From contig NW_003314283.1 in the NCBI RefSeq assembly GCF_000143415.4, forward strand, positions 1,047,734 to 1,111,733: a stretch of 64,000 nucleotides of DNA. Reading direction: 5' to 3'. The first letter of the stretch is position 1. Each line of letters begins with the position of its first letter. A program made the translations under genes and the position numbers. The notes beneath the pieces are model-generated. The model saw only the letters and a program-made list of their open reading frames with translations, ran no database searches and was not told the DNA's origin. The stretch is from Selaginella moellendorffii (taxonomy: Eukaryota; Plantae; Lycopodiophyta). Positions 38,990 to 52,027 of this stretch are shown here, one piece after another.

Positions 38990-40830
38990 TGGATGTAAGC
39001 TCGGCCTAGGGCGATAGCCAATCTAGCGCTTCTTTCCATCGAGAAGCTTGGGGGAGAGGATCTAATTAAAATCGCGATTCCGTCTGGGAGAAAGGGCATG
39101 AGCCAGCTCCTCCGTCGCCCCAGCAAATCCACGCTGTAGTGATGGAGCCCCGGAGAGATCCGTGGTCGCGCTGGAACTCCATCCCGAGGCCGTAGCCGAG
39201 CCGCCCACTGTGGCTGCTGCCCGCGATCAAGCTGAGGAAGATCGATCCGTCCCAGCATCTCCCGGAAGAAGAGGATATCCTCGCCGGCATAGCGATCGCG
39301 AGGATCGCCGGAGGAGAGGACCGAGATCCACGCCACGAGATCGGCCTTTGCCGATCTTTCTCGCGCTGGCCGTGTCGCCCACCCATCACTGAGGTGAAAG
39401 CCGCGAGATCTTTCGTAGGAGATCGCACAAGAACTTCCCGTGATTGGTGGAGCTCGCCACACTGCGAGAGCCCCGCGACCATCACTGTCCACAACACTGG
39501 ATTCCTCTCGCGCATCGATCACGCGGTGGCCACCTCGCCGGATCGAAGAGCTTGCGCGACGCCTGGAAATCGCCGTGCCGGGCGTTGACGATCGTGCTGG
39601 CTATCACGTTTTGTTCCAGCGTCTTGGATCGCGAGTAGAGCTCGCAGTGATTCCTTATATCGGCCAGCATCATCGAGAGTGCACGCTAGGCTTTGTCGAG
39701 AGAATCCTCTTGCTGTTCTTGAGCTTAAGCTTGCGTGATCGCCGTCCACATCACGGATCTCGCTGGGGGGATCGATCAAACAGCTCTTTGGATCGCTGCA
39801 CGATTCCATTCCCGCAGTAGGCCCCCAGGGGCAAGGCCGATCTCGTGGCGTGGATCTCGATCCTCTCCTCCGACGATCCTCGCGATCGAGATGAGGACGG
39901 GTTTTCAGAAAAGAGCGTCTTTGCATCGTCCAGGAACTCGTTCTCGTCGGTGATAGTCGACTCTTCCTTGTGAATCTTCTCAGCCAAATGTATGGAAAGT
40001 GTGGCTGCGTAGACGGTGCTAAGTTGTTTGATAGCCTGAGGCCACCTAATGTTTTCTCGTGGAATCTTTGTCACTGGACCTTGTGTTTCGGGCTGCTAGC
40101 TTGTATGGCGGACTGAGAGCACTTGGCACCAAACCAGACCTTGCATCTGATTAGCTTAATTCCCATGTCAACAAAGTTTATGCTTTTTGCACAATTTAGA
40201 TTTGACCCATCATCAAGGGCGTGTTCGACACCTGCAAACAAAAAAGTCCAGAAATCTTGCTTGCATGGGCATGTTTTGGAAGCTGGAGAGATGTTTCGGG
40301 ATGCCTGAAAGAAGTTTAGTTTCATGGGCGAGTTGATCTCAACTTACAGAAGAATGGTGATACTGAGAAGTTTGTGATTGATCTCCTTCTTGGAGTGTAA
40401 TTTCCTGTATGACACTACTTAGAGTTATGCCCATAATGGGCATTTGGAAACTTGCAAGACTGATCTAATGCCAGAAAGGAATGATATTTCATGGAATTCA
40501 CTCATCTCTGTGTTCGTTGGAAAGGATCAGGTTGAAAAGGTTTTGAGATCTAGCAGAGGAGAACTAGATATGTTCTAGAACTTCTAAGATTAACTTGAAG
40601 GAAGATGCCACAGCGGTCTAAAGTTTCGTGGAGCAGCCTCCTCTCGTTCTAACCTTTGAGTCGATGCCCAAGACCAATGTTTTCTCGTGGACTTCGTTCC
40701 TCTCCCCGCATTCCAGCGCCGAAGATCCCACACTTGCGCAGGAAATCTTCCCGGCGATCAACGAAGTTTCCGTGAATTCCATGATGAAAGCCTTCGCGAT
40801 GGCGACCGATGAGTTCCAATGAAAATCTTG
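38990..40830. pseudogene. Scrambled PLS-class PPR gene relics (both strands)
   Basis: Frameshifted fragments such as HGDFQASRKLFD, MRERNPVLWTVMVAGLSQCGEL, KADLVAWISVLSS (minus) and MPERNDISWNSLIS, FESMPKTNVFSWTS (plus). Confidence 0.7.
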
Positions 40831-40958
40831 GACCGCAAATGCCCGCGCTACGTGTTTTTGAAAAGGAATAGAACCAAACCTTTCACCTATCTAAAGTTTG
40901 GTAAATGGGGGAAATTTTGAGTAGGAGTATCTCCTAGTCTATTCTTCTCAACTGAGCC

Positions 40959-42719
40959 ATGGAATGGAGAATAAAGATTCGCAAAGCTCGCTCCAGGCTG
41001 CATTGGCTACTCTTGCTTGTTTTGATTGCTTACCTTTTTATTGGCCATAAACTAGAGAGAAGAATTGGCTCCAGGAAATGGTCACACCCACGAAGAAGAG
41101 TTCCAAGAAAGATAAAGGCCCTGGTGGATCTATGGAGCAAGGTTTTGGAGCGAGGTCACAACAGCACAAATCTTCCAAGAGCATTACTTCCACCTCACAT
41201 TCAAGACTGCAAAAGATGTGAAGAGCTCCACACCAAGATGGACAATCGTGGAAAGAATGGTGAATTGCCTCCTTGGAACCTATGGAAAGATCTTGTGGAT
41301 GACAATATTTCCTCAAATTCTTCTCTAGCCATACCATGGGCAAGTATATCCCTTTGGAAGTGTGAATTTGATTAACAAAGTATATGATCTAGCAGGTTCA
41401 TGGCGGTGATGACGATAATCTCCCTCTAACAAGGCTTGTCCAGCAGGATTTGTGGCTGCATCAACACCCCAAAAACTGCAGCAATGCAAGATTCCTCTTG
41501 GCCCACTGGCACAGCCAGACCGCACCTATTGGTGTTGGATCTCAGATGGTTTTTCTTTCAGCAATTCTTTCCTCAGCTGTGAGTGAGGGGAGAGTTTTTG
41601 TTACACTGCCCTTCTCTGGAGCAGATCATGAGGGATGCACTGGTTGGTTTTTTGAACTTAGAATTTCTCACTTTCAATGATATTTTTAAATCCATGTTGC
41701 AGGGTCAAATCACTTGAGGTGGTCTTGCTACTTTGCTCCAGAGGCCGCTAAGGAATGCATTCACAGAGTTTTGGAGCTTTATTCAGATGAGTCTGCTTGG
41801 AAATCAGGGATATTGAAACGCTCAGACAATGTTTTTGATCCATGGGCTGGTGTACCAAAGTTAAGTTCCATTTCTCTTTAATTCTATAAACTAAATCATA
41901 GTCAGTAGACATTGGGGAGAGCCTTGGAAGAAAATGCAACCAACAGAAGAGCTTGATGGAAATCTCATTGCAAACACCAATGAGACCAATGAACGAGTAT
42001 GGTGGAGAGCTCAGGTAACTAAACTATTGAATCTCGTTGATTATGCCAAAACACGTTAATGATCAGGCATATCGCTATCTTCTGCGCTTTCCCAGTGAAT
42101 ACTTATGCAACTTACTTAACCAAGCCAGGCATCGAGCATTCGGAGTAAATGCCGCTGAAAAGGTCATGTTGTCTATTACAAAAGATTGGCAGCTCAATTC
42201 ATCCCAGCCAGACGATGCAAAAGTGTGGGTTCCACGACCCATCGTGAGCGTGCATGTAAGGCAAGGGGATAAAAGCTACGAGATGACCCTCCATCCTTTG
42301 AAGGATTACATGAACCTCGCCAACGCTTTGCGAAGAAAGTTTCCGGAATTGCACAGCGTGTGGCTCTCCACGGAAATGCAGGTAAGAACAATCTCACTTC
42401 AAGCATTGCAATAAATCTTGATGATCTTGCCTTGATCAAGACTGTGGTTGACGAATCCGACGAGTTCACAGACTGGGAGTTCTACTTCACGGAAGTGAGG
42501 AGGCAATATGGCACAATGCACATGACCGAATATATGGAATCTCTAGGTACCAAGACAGCATTTGACAACAGCTTTATCAACTTGGTGATGGCTCTCGAGG
42601 CTGATTTCTTTGTGGGCGCTTTGGGATCAAGCTGGAGTTACGCCATCAATTGCTTGAGATTGACTGGTGGCAAACTCAAGGCTGGTTTTCTCACAGTCAA
42701 TATTAATACAGTATTATAG
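40959..42719 (+). CDS. Type II membrane alpha-(1,6)-fucosyltransferase-like glycosyltransferase
   Basis: N-terminal TM helix; PLTRLVQQDLWLHQHPKNC, WSCYFAPE, WWRAQ|AYRYLLRFPSEYLC, VSVHVRQGDK, EADFFVGALGSSW. Confidence 0.85.
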
Positions 42720-44460
42720 GTTTATGGTTTAAGGTTTGAAGTTATAAACCTTAATATCCCAAAACAGAGAATATACCACATTTTTTAAAATGTTAACTTA
42801 GAACCTTCTCCTTGCCTATACAAAGTGGGAAGTTTCCTTTTAGTGTAAAAACAACACGCTGCCAAATGTATCTTGGCCTTTAGTGCATCAGGAATTGAGA
42901 GGTGTGATAACATCTTTCCTTCCTCGAAACAACTTGAGGAGTAGAAGTTCAAAGCTCGTGAGAATCTCTGGCATTTTGTGCTTCGCTGAGTTGCAAGGAA
43001 CCTTTTGGATGGAGATTCTCAGCCAAAAGAGAGAAGAAACAATCTAGAAAAGTAGCTGTAATTGTACGATAAGCTATGATTTCAGGGTCTATAGACAATC
43101 TAAGTCTTGCATGGGTCTATTGGATCCATGTTTGTAATTGAGGGGCGAATGGATTTGATTTTGGGAATTTGAGGAGCGTTACATCGGTGGCACTAAAGAC
43201 AAGCAGCTCGTTTTTAATCGCGTTGCACCAAAATCAAGCACGGTGACATCAATCGTTTGTCTAGCGAATAGACAATTGCTGGGGTTCGTAGCTACAAAGA
43301 TGTAGTCAAACTTGTCATGTTTGTAGGCTCTCAAAGCAAAAACAAAAAAAAAAAAATAGAAAAGTCTTTTTTTTTCTCCCTTTAAAGGACAAGAAAAACG
43401 AAGGTTATACGATACAGTCAATCATCGCGGCCGCCGCATTACCACATAACTTCGCTGTGAATTTACAAAACTTTGTAAATCGTTTTCTTTAAGTAGCAGC
43501 CGCGCAGGCTTTAAATACCACACACCATCGCGGGCGGCCTCTAGCATTTTCTTCTTCTCTCTCTTTTTTCTAGTGCTTGTGGAAGCGAAGATTTCCTTGA
43601 TCTTGAGAACTTCAATCTGTTCATGCAGTCGACTTACAAGTTTCAAGCCAAGATCACATTCTAGAACTTTAAATTTTTTTTTTCTTATCTGGTCAAGGCT
43701 GGAGCAATGCTCCCACTGCACGAATGCAAATGCCAAGCACATGGGAGAGCTTTAATGTGTAGATGTTGATCTTTGATGAGCGTTTCATCTCCAGATCTTA
43801 TTAGTTCTTCCAATCGTCCTCGCTGCGAAAAAAAAAGAAGCTTGCGAAGTCTCTCTCGTTTTTTTCTTCATTACTTTCTCACCGTTGCTGGTGTGTTGAT
43901 TTCTCCCCTTTTTTTTTCGGCTGACATGTGTTGTTCATTCTTCATAAAAGGCTGCTGTTGCTGCAAGCTGAACATCGCGGCTGTGCAAATGGTGGTCTGC
44001 CAAGGAAAAAGAAAAAATAAATATCAAAATAAAATAAAACAAAGACTCAGCCAGTGATTGATTTTCCATTTTTTCTTTTTCCTTCCCTTCTTTTTCCCAG
44101 GAAAAGACCAAACCTGTGAGACCGACTCTTCATCCATCCCTCTCTTTTACCCTGTCCCCTCTTCTCTTTCTCATCTTCTCTTTCAGCTAACTCAAATCCG
44201 TCATTGCGTAGAAGGAGATAACTTCGCTCAAGTTTATGATCTCCAGACTCATCGACCTCTTCGTCTCAAAAATCGGAGATTTTTGACCGAGAGTGATAAC
44301 GAACAGCAGCACTCTCGACTCCCTCTCTCCAACTTGACAAACTCTCTCTATCGACTCAATGAAGAAATCCGGTTGAGAAGTTTTACTCACCTCGGTCGCA
44401 AGTTTCCAATCTTTGTTTTTGCGTTCTCCTTCCTCGTATTTCTTCGCGGTTGAATCGCCA

Positions 44461-45311
44461 ATGGAGGGAATCACCGACGAGCCACAGCGGCAGAGATTTG
44501 AGCAGGGCTACAGGCTCGTCGCTGGGTGAGAAGCATTGAATTTGAGCTCCTGGAATTTCAGTTCGTAAACGAAATCTCCTCTTTTTTTTTTCTGTCTAGC
44601 TGCATACCATATCGGCTCAAGAAAGGAGGCTCCACTCCCCACGCTGTTGTTGACAATGTCCGAATTCTCATGATCAGTTCGCTCAATGGCCATGGCCTCG
44701 TCTTTCCAAAGGTACGCGACTGTTTCTTTCTCGTCTGGTTCCTCACCGCGTTTCATTGTCTCTCGTTCGTCTCTCTTTCGTCTCTCTTTCGCGTCTTCTT
44801 CCAGGGAGGCTGGGAGTTTGATGAGACTGTCGAGGACGCAGCATGCCGAGAGGCTGCCGAAGAAGCCGGCGTTCGAGGCCAGATCAAGGTTCTCATAGTA
44901 GTACACGATGTTCTTGAAGTTTCTCACTCGATTCTTGTCTAAAATCTCCCAGGAAGAGCTCGGTCACTGGATCTTTGCGAGCAAACGCCACGACATGGTG
45001 TGCACCAAAGGCAACTGCAAGGCATACATGTTTGCATTAGAAGTGACTCAAGAGCTCGAGACCTGGCCCGAGCAGGAGGCTCGACGTCGTCAATGGGTAA
45101 ATGCCTGGAGAGAAGAGGAGGAATTTGGAATGAACTCAAACTTAGCTCTCTCTCTCTCGTTCTCTTTCAGTTCACAATTGCCACCGCCATTGAGAAAGTC
45201 CGTCACGCTTGGATGCGCGAAGCTCTGGAGAAGTGCCGGGAGTATTTGCAACAGCAAATCCGCGATCAACTGCAACCGACCCCGTGCGTGAGAGCGATAA
45301 ATCCTTTCTAG
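44461..45311 (+). CDS. Nudix hydrolase, DIPP/Ap6A-type (plant NUDT12/13/16/17-like)
   Basis: QRF..GYRLVAG|CIPYR, LVFPK|GGWEFDETVEDAACREAAEEAGVRG (Nudix box), WPEQ..RRRQW, WMREAL. Confidence 0.93.
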
Positions 45312-45699
45312 AAAAACATAGCTCGCACTTACCGGTCGGATGCTAACAGTGGTTTTTACTTCCAGGACAGAACGGGACGCCTCTAACAAGTGTAACATAA
45401 TGGAGCGTCTCAAGCAGGCAGGACACCCAGATCCTATGCTGGATCTTGTGGAAGTTGTAGCATGCATTGTCAACTAACGAACGTTTGAGAAGAAGAAGGT
45501 CACCCCCTTCCCCCCTTTTTTTTCTCCAAGATGGATCGATAAACTCAAGACAATAAGATGGATCACAGGCATGCAAGCAATGGAAGTCGTCCTGAGTCAA
45601 ACGAGAAAAAAACAAGAGTCATCAAAAGTCTGGTCTGAAAAGCTGTGAATCTATGTACTTACTTGTCGCGGAAGTTGCAAAGGGGTGCTGACAGCTACC

Positions 45700-48657
45700 T
45701 TAGGCTCTGAGCGGCGCCTTGAAGCAATCCGACAAGAACCCCTTCTCCTTCATGGCCTGTGTGAGCCTGTCAGCCTGGATGTGCCTCCCTTGCTTTCTCA
45801 GCCCATTCATGAGCGTGTTGTAGGCAACGTAGTCTGGAGCACAGCCCGAGCCTGTCATCTGCTGGAAGTAATCCACCGCTTGGTCGACTCTTCCGGCTTC
45901 GATCAGAGCATTCACCAGAGTAGTGTACGTCACCACGTCCGGGCTAAACTCTCCGTCCGACTTGACCATCGACTTGAAAAAGAGAAGGGCCTGCGCGAGC
46001 TTGCCTTCCCTGCACAGGCCTGCGAGGACGATGTTGTGGGGGAGGACGTCAGCCACAGTGCCTTTCTCCACCATGTACTGGAAAAGCCTCACAGCCTCGT
46101 CCGTTCTCTTGTCCCGGCACAGGCCGTGCATGAGCGTTGTGCAAGTCACTCCATCTGGAAGAACGTTGTGCTCGCTCATAACATCCAGAAGATCTTTGGC
46201 CTCGTCCAACTTCCCTGCCTTGCACAGCCCGTCCATCAAGATGTTGAAGGTGACAACGTCCGGAACCAACTTCCTCTCGATCATCCTGTCGAAGAGAACT
46301 CTGGCATCGTGCACCTTGTTTGTCTTGCACAGCCCGTTGAGGACAACGCTGTAGCTTACGATGTCTGGAGCGCAGCCGTTGTCCACCATGGTCGAGAACA
46401 GCTCGTGGGCCTTGTCCACCAAGTTGGTTTTGCACAGCCCGTCCAGAAGGATGTTATACGTAACCACATCCGGCACGGCTCCGATTTTGCTCATCTCTTC
46501 GAGAACCTTGTGCGCATCGTCCACCTTTTTGGCCTTGCAAAGCATATCGATGACGGCATTGCAGAGCAGGACATCGGGGCTGAACCGCTTCTCGGTCATT
46601 TCCTCGTAGAGTTCGAGGCATCTAGCCATGTTCCCCACTCTACAGTGACCCGAGAGAACGATGCTGTACGTTGCGCCATTTGGAGCACAGCCGCTATCCA
46701 CCATTTTCTTAAACATTTCCTCGGCCTCGTCCATGTTGCTTTTTCTTGCCAACCCCAGCAGTATCGAGTTGTAAGTCACAGTGTCTGGCATGTATCCCTT
46801 GGCGATGACGTCTTTGAACAGCTTCATAGCCTCGTCTGTCTTCTCAACGCGACAAAAGCCATCGATAAGTGTGTTGTACGTAATCAAGTCTGGAGCGACT
46901 TTCCTGTCCGCCATGTCTTCCAGCAGGCTGACGGCCAGATCAAACTTCTCGCATTTTCTAAGCCCGGAGAGAAGAGCGTTGTAAGTCACCACGTCCGGTT
47001 TGTATCCCCTGGCTTTCAGCGCTTCAAAGCAGGCCAAAGCATCATCAACCTTCTTCTCCTTGCAAAGGGTCGAGAGAAGTGCCGTTGCTGGGACAGTCTG
47101 TGGAACGTGTCCTTTCTCGAGCATCTCGTTGAGCATAGTGACAGCTTCGTCCACCTTCTTGGACTTGCAAAGGCCCTCTATCAGAAGTGAATACGTTGCC
47201 CCCTCGTGGCCAAACTTGCCGTCTCGTATGACCCCTTCAAAGAACTTGACAGCATCGTCCACTTTCTTCTCATTAAAGAGTCCTTGAAGCATAATGTAGC
47301 AAGTTAGCCTGTCCGGCCTCTCACCCATGGTCTTGAAAAGACCCCAAGCCTCTGCAACTTTGCCTTCCTTGTACAGAGCGTCCAGAAGACCGTTGTATGC
47401 CACAACGTCGGGACTGTATCCCCTGGAAGGCATACTGTCAAAAAACTGCTTGGCCTCACTCACCTTCCCCATCCTGCAAAGCCCGCTGAGAATTGTGTTG
47501 TAAGTGATGTTGTCAGGCTCGTATCCCTTGCTCGCCATCTCTTCAAGTAGCTTGTAAGCCCGTTCGATGTTCTCGTCCTTGCAGAGCCCGTTGATGAGCG
47601 CGTTGTAAGCAACAGTGTTTGCCGAGCAGCCCCGTTCAATCATCTTGTGAAACAGCTCGTCAGCTTCGTCAACTTTGCCCGCTCTACAGAGCCTGTCCAC
47701 GATGATAGTGTAAGTCGCAACGTCGGGATTCACACCCTTCTCGGTCATCTCCTCTACCATCTCCAAAGCTTCGGTCACCTTCCCCGTCTTACAAAGCCCC
47801 GAGATGATGGTGCTGTAAGTGACAACGTCCGGCTCGAAGCCTTTCTCGGCCATCGTCTTAAACAGCTCCATGGCTTCCTTCATCTTCGTCTCCTTGCAGA
47901 ACGCATTGAGCAAGGAGTTGTAAGTGTAGATGCTCGGCTCCAAGCCAACAGAAACCATCTCCTCGTACAACCTGTTGGCGTCGTCAACTCTCCCTTTCTT
48001 CGCGTATCCATCGATGAGAATGTTGTACTCGATCCCATCCGGACTTATCCCATTGTCTAGCATCTGCCCAAACAGCTTGTAACCATCCCGGAGCTTCCCT
48101 TGCTTGCAAAAGCTCTTGAGCACCACCCGGAAAGTATACCTGTTTGGAGAGCACTCTCTCATGGCCCTGAAAGTCGCGTAGACGTCCTGATAGAGCTTCA
48201 TCCGGAAGAGAAGATCCATGAGACAATTGTACGAGTAAGTACTGTGAGAAAATCCTGCCTGGTCCTGGCACCACTTGAAGAACTCGAGCGCTATCTTTCC
48301 ATCCTTGAAGCACCGCAACACTCGCCCAGCAAAGCTTCCGGTTAAGTACCTGTCCGTGTACGCTCGGACTTCCTCGAAACCAATCTCTCCACGCTCTATC
48401 CTTTCCACCAGAATTTCCAGCTCCAGGGGGCCATTGCTTGGCAGCTTGAATGTCTTCCTCACAAATCCGCTGGTGCTGTAGCTCCGGGACCTGTAAGGCG
48501 CCCCCGGATTTCGGGAGGAGATAGAGTCGCCGCCTTCCCTGGATTCGGATAATCTCGGCATTCTCACGGATTCCTCTCGGTTCGCATTGCCGCTGCCGCG
48601 CTTGTCCAGCGCCACAGCCAGTCGCAGCATGCTCTTGTCGACGCAGGAGATCTCCAT
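45700..48657 (-). CDS. P-class pentatricopeptide repeat protein
   Basis: Intronless frame of about 985 aa with more than 20 tandem 35-aa P motifs (PDVVTYSTIISGLCKTGKVTEA etc.). Confidence 0.95.
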   Translation of the reverse strand: MEISCVDKSMLRLAVALDKRGSGNANREESVRMPRLSESREGGDSISSRNPGAPYRSRSYSTSGFVRKTFKLPSNGPLELEILVERIERGEIGFEEVRAYTDRYLTGSFAGRVLRCFKDGKIALEFFKWCQDQAGFSHSTYSYNCLMDLLFRMKLYQDVYATFRAMRECSPNRYTFRVVLKSFCKQGKLRDGYKLFGQMLDNGISPDGIEYNILIDGYAKKGRVDDANRLYEEMVSVGLEPSIYTYNSLLNAFCKETKMKEAMELFKTMAEKGFEPDVVTYSTIISGLCKTGKVTEALEMVEEMTEKGVNPDVATYTIIVDRLCRAGKVDEADELFHKMIERGCSANTVAYNALINGLCKDENIERAYKLLEEMASKGYEPDNITYNTILSGLCRMGKVSEAKQFFDSMPSRGYSPDVVAYNGLLDALYKEGKVAEAWGLFKTMGERPDRLTCYIMLQGLFNEKKVDDAVKFFEGVIRDGKFGHEGATYSLLIEGLCKSKKVDEAVTMLNEMLEKGHVPQTVPATALLSTLCKEKKVDDALACFEALKARGYKPDVVTYNALLSGLRKCEKFDLAVSLLEDMADRKVAPDLITYNTLIDGFCRVEKTDEAMKLFKDVIAKGYMPDTVTYNSILLGLARKSNMDEAEEMFKKMVDSGCAPNGATYSIVLSGHCRVGNMARCLELYEEMTEKRFSPDVLLCNAVIDMLCKAKKVDDAHKVLEEMSKIGAVPDVVTYNILLDGLCKTNLVDKAHELFSTMVDNGCAPDIVSYSVVLNGLCKTNKVHDARVLFDRMIERKLVPDVVTFNILMDGLCKAGKLDEAKDLLDVMSEHNVLPDGVTCTTLMHGLCRDKRTDEAVRLFQYMVEKGTVADVLPHNIVLAGLCREGKLAQALLFFKSMVKSDGEFSPDVVTYTTLVNALIEAGRVDQAVDYFQQMTGSGCAPDYVAYNTLMNGLRKQGRHIQADRLTQAMKEKGFLSDCFKAPLRA

Positions 48658-49261
48658 GGGGGCAATCAAATTTGTCCGAGATTTTCACCTGCACTGACTA
48701 CATTCTACGCTCAATGCGGATTCGAGAGACACGATCGGCCAGAAATCCAAATCCTACCTCATAAGCACGTCCGCGCTCGCGAAATATCCCCTTCTACGGG
48801 CGCAAGAGCCCTAATTAAACCCTCTATCCTCAATTTAACTATGACCAATGAAAATATTGTTTTACACGTGTTACACAAAGAAAACGATTTTTAATTTATT
48901 AAAATTTAATTAATTATATTCTCATTGGAGCCCTGAAGGAAGTACGATCTCATTGGAGCCATGAAAGAAGCTGAAACATCAATAAGGTTTTCAAGTGAAT
49001 CCCAACTTACAGAGTTGTCTTCTCCAGAAGTTCTACCCCTTTGAGTTTGGGATGGATGCAGATAGGATCTACAAGGACCATGTATAGGGACAACTTAGCT
49101 ATCTAGAGAGCCATCGAAGATGCAGGAATTTCTAACATGTCTATATCAAGGGGCTCATGCTTGCCAGTTTTGTACAAATGGATGGTTTCTTGACTTTCAC
49201 TCCACCCAGAGACAAGGTTTGGATGGAGATCAGAAAGTACCAGTTTTGTTGTTTCTAGATT

Positions 49262-49660
49262 ATGCATTTGTCTCCTTTTACTTTTGCAGATTCACTATCA
49301 TGTATCTCTCCAAGGAGGACCTCGCAACTTAGAACACTTAACAAAGCTCTTTATATTTGCCCTCCTGAAAATGCCTTGACAATGAATGAGCAAGTAGTAT
49401 TGTGGGAAGAAATGATCAGGAGCACCCTTGAAAAGAGGTGGATGAGTGAGGAGGAGGTTCTTTTACACATCAACGGTGAGAGCTTTCATTTGCGAGGTCT
49501 ATTGATGGGATTACTTGGTTTTGCAAACACTCAAACTCCATTGCAGCTCAGAGAGGTGTGGATGCACATCTATCACAATGCCACTATGCACTTTGAGTTG
49601 GCTCCGGATGATGTTGAAGCCACTGATTTTTATCTCGAGGTAGAGGATCCACAAGTATAA
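49262..49660 (+). CDS. Unknown coding-like fragment
   Basis: Open frame with protein-like composition after a TTTTGCAG acceptor; no family recognised; abuts the TE nest. Confidence 0.25.
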   Translation: MHLSPFTFADSLSCISPRRTSQLRTLNKALYICPPENALTMNEQVVLWEEMIRSTLEKRWMSEEEVLLHINGESFHLRGLLMGLLGFANTQTPLQLREVWMHIYHNATMHFELAPDDVEATDFYLEVEDPQV

Positions 49661-49749
49661 TGTATGATTCCTTGATTAATATGAAGCTCCAACAATGAGC
49701 ACTAACTTATTTCACATATCCAACCAAAAGGAATGATTTATTAGAGTTT

Positions 49750-50636
49750 AGAACTACACTTTTGACAACTTAGAGGAGTCTCACTCACAATGTTCACAGG
49801 TCCTCATTCTAACTTGGGGGATTTACTAGCCTAAGAGGTGGCCTTAAAGCTATATTGCATTTTCATTTGGTCCAAGTGTTCTACATGTTCAATCTTATTA
49901 TAAACTTTCAAAGGTATTAGTGATAGATTAGCCCATTATGCTAAAGCTATGTCCATTTGTACTTGTTTTATTGATAGTCTAAAATCATTTGTATTATGGT
50001 TATATCTCCTAAAGATTGGGCCATTTATTCATAAGTGGTTATCCCATGACCACCCCTTAGCATCCCACCCTTAATATCACTTGTTCAATCTCTACTAAAT
50101 CCCTCTTCATTCATGGTAGTACTTGCTAACACCACCACTAGTTTAAAGCTTAAAGGCCCATCCATTAAATCCCATTAATCTCTGGGACTTCCTTACCACA
50201 TAACCATACCTTTAGTCAATAAACAAGAGGACCACACCTTTTCTTCTCCATAGTCTGGGATTTTGGAATGACATTTTGAAACACTACAGCCCAATACAAA
50301 CTTTGTGGGTATTGCCCCCACCTTTTGCATTTAAGGTGACTCAGCCATGTGGCTAAAACAAAGTTTTAATGAGCCACACAAGGTATCCAAGTAAGTAGTG
50401 CCACCCACATTTGGATTGGTTACGTAGTGCCACCCATATTTGAATTAGTCACGTTGGCCTTTCCTAACTAAATTGGTTCGATTAGAATCTAACCCCCACA
50501 CTCCCTACTATACTTTGCCCCCCCACCCCTATTCTAAGTTCTCACCCACATATTTATTTGCTAGAGTTCCATTTCAGCCACTACTATGTGGCATATTTTC
50601 AGCTCCACATTAAGGCTTAGGGATTTGTGTTTTACA
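49750..50636 (-). mobile_element. Old decayed LTR of family C (3' LTR), lacking the satellite array
   Basis: Colinear AT-shifted match to 55790-57503 (GAGGAGTCTCA, TTGGTCCAAGTG, GGTATCCAAGTA, TAGGGATTTGTGTTTTACA end); purine tract AAAGGGGG on the minus strand at about 50638-50645. Confidence 0.8.
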
Positions 50637-50960
50637 ACCCCCTTTACTAGTTGGCTAAAGCTCTTGGGATATATAAATTGGAAAAAAGTGTTAAGATATA
50701 TATTTGAGTAGTATTAGGCTAGATTACCTCTTGAGAAGTCTAAATTTAGAGGTTTATATTAATTTGTTATCACATTTTTTATTTATATTTACATCATGTA
50801 GTAGAGCCAGTCTTAACAACAACTATACACATATATGTATGCAAGATGAGGTAGACCTAATTATGCATGTGGGTGATTTTGAGATTGAATTATAACTATT
50901 GTGGGTGGTGCTTAGTCAAGCTTTTGACTTTTTCTTTAGTATAAATTGATTGTAACACAA

Positions 50961-52027
50961 TATAGTGCATGTGGTTTTCACCCTTTATCCTATGACGATT
51001 TACCATAGGATAACGATAGAGCGAAACCTAAACCCTCAATATGCCATGTGCCACATACTATGTGTCCAAAGATGGTAGAGCAAAACCCGAGTTTTAAAGC
51101 CTTTGGCCAATGAATAAATGAATGGAGCCAAACTTTTAAGTATGGAGCCAAGGAGTGAAGGTATTGGAGCACAAAGCGACTCCGAGTGTATACCCTAAAG
51201 AGCGAAAAGATAGAAGCACAGAGCAACTTAGAATGATTCTAGAGTAGTCAGCATCCCAATGTCAGGACTAATCCACAAAATGAAGCCAAATGAAGCCTAG
51301 CACTATTTCAATATACTGATGGCCTAATGTGAGGATATAAGTACTCTACCAGCTAGCATGGTGTGGAATTTGGGTTTATACCCAAACCAGACATAAAACA
51401 ACAATAAGCACACAAGTAAGAGCTAAACTATACCCTCAACCTACCCACTAACCCCCTCTAGGAACACACGTTTTGGGTTTTCACTTTTAGTCACCCTTAG
51501 TACTAGGAGTTAGTAACTCAAAACTTACTAAATATGGAATGACACTAAATTGAGAATTTGGGTATGGAATGAATACTATTATGTTCAAAACAATCTTTAC
51601 ATTCCATAAATATGCCAAATTAGCAAATTTAGATACTTTCTATAAATAACAATTAAGCATGGAACTAATGGAACTAACACAAGATGCATGATAATGAGGG
51701 TGTTTGCTAGATACAGTAACCTATCATTTTGTGAATATTGAGGGACTAAGCTCAATATCACAAAGGCTCTTAACACTTGTAAGTGCAAGTTAACAAATGA
51801 GTTTCTCTAACTAGGTAAAGTATGTTTGACTAATAGTACTTAGGAATTCCGTCTTTATGCTCTTTTGGTCAAGTGCACATGCAAAAATTAATTTCTCAAG
51901 TAGTCTAAGTGGAAACTAAAAAAGGGTCTAGCAATACCAACCTCTTACTATTGTGGCAATAAGGAAAGAATATATAAAAGAACTAGCTAACAAGTAACTT
52001 TCAATACCTATAGTCACATTTGTGACA
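50961..52027 (-). mobile_element. Old decayed 3' LTR of family B, uninterrupted
   Basis: Reverse complement matches 55017-55756 joined to 63422-63832 with a single GCTAG. Preceded on the minus strand by polypurine tract AAAAGGGGAAGAG (52040-52028). Confidence 0.85.

Noticed and set aside
45685-47190. 501-aa plus-strand ORF
   Set aside because: Antisense shadow of the PPR gene with no independent protein features.
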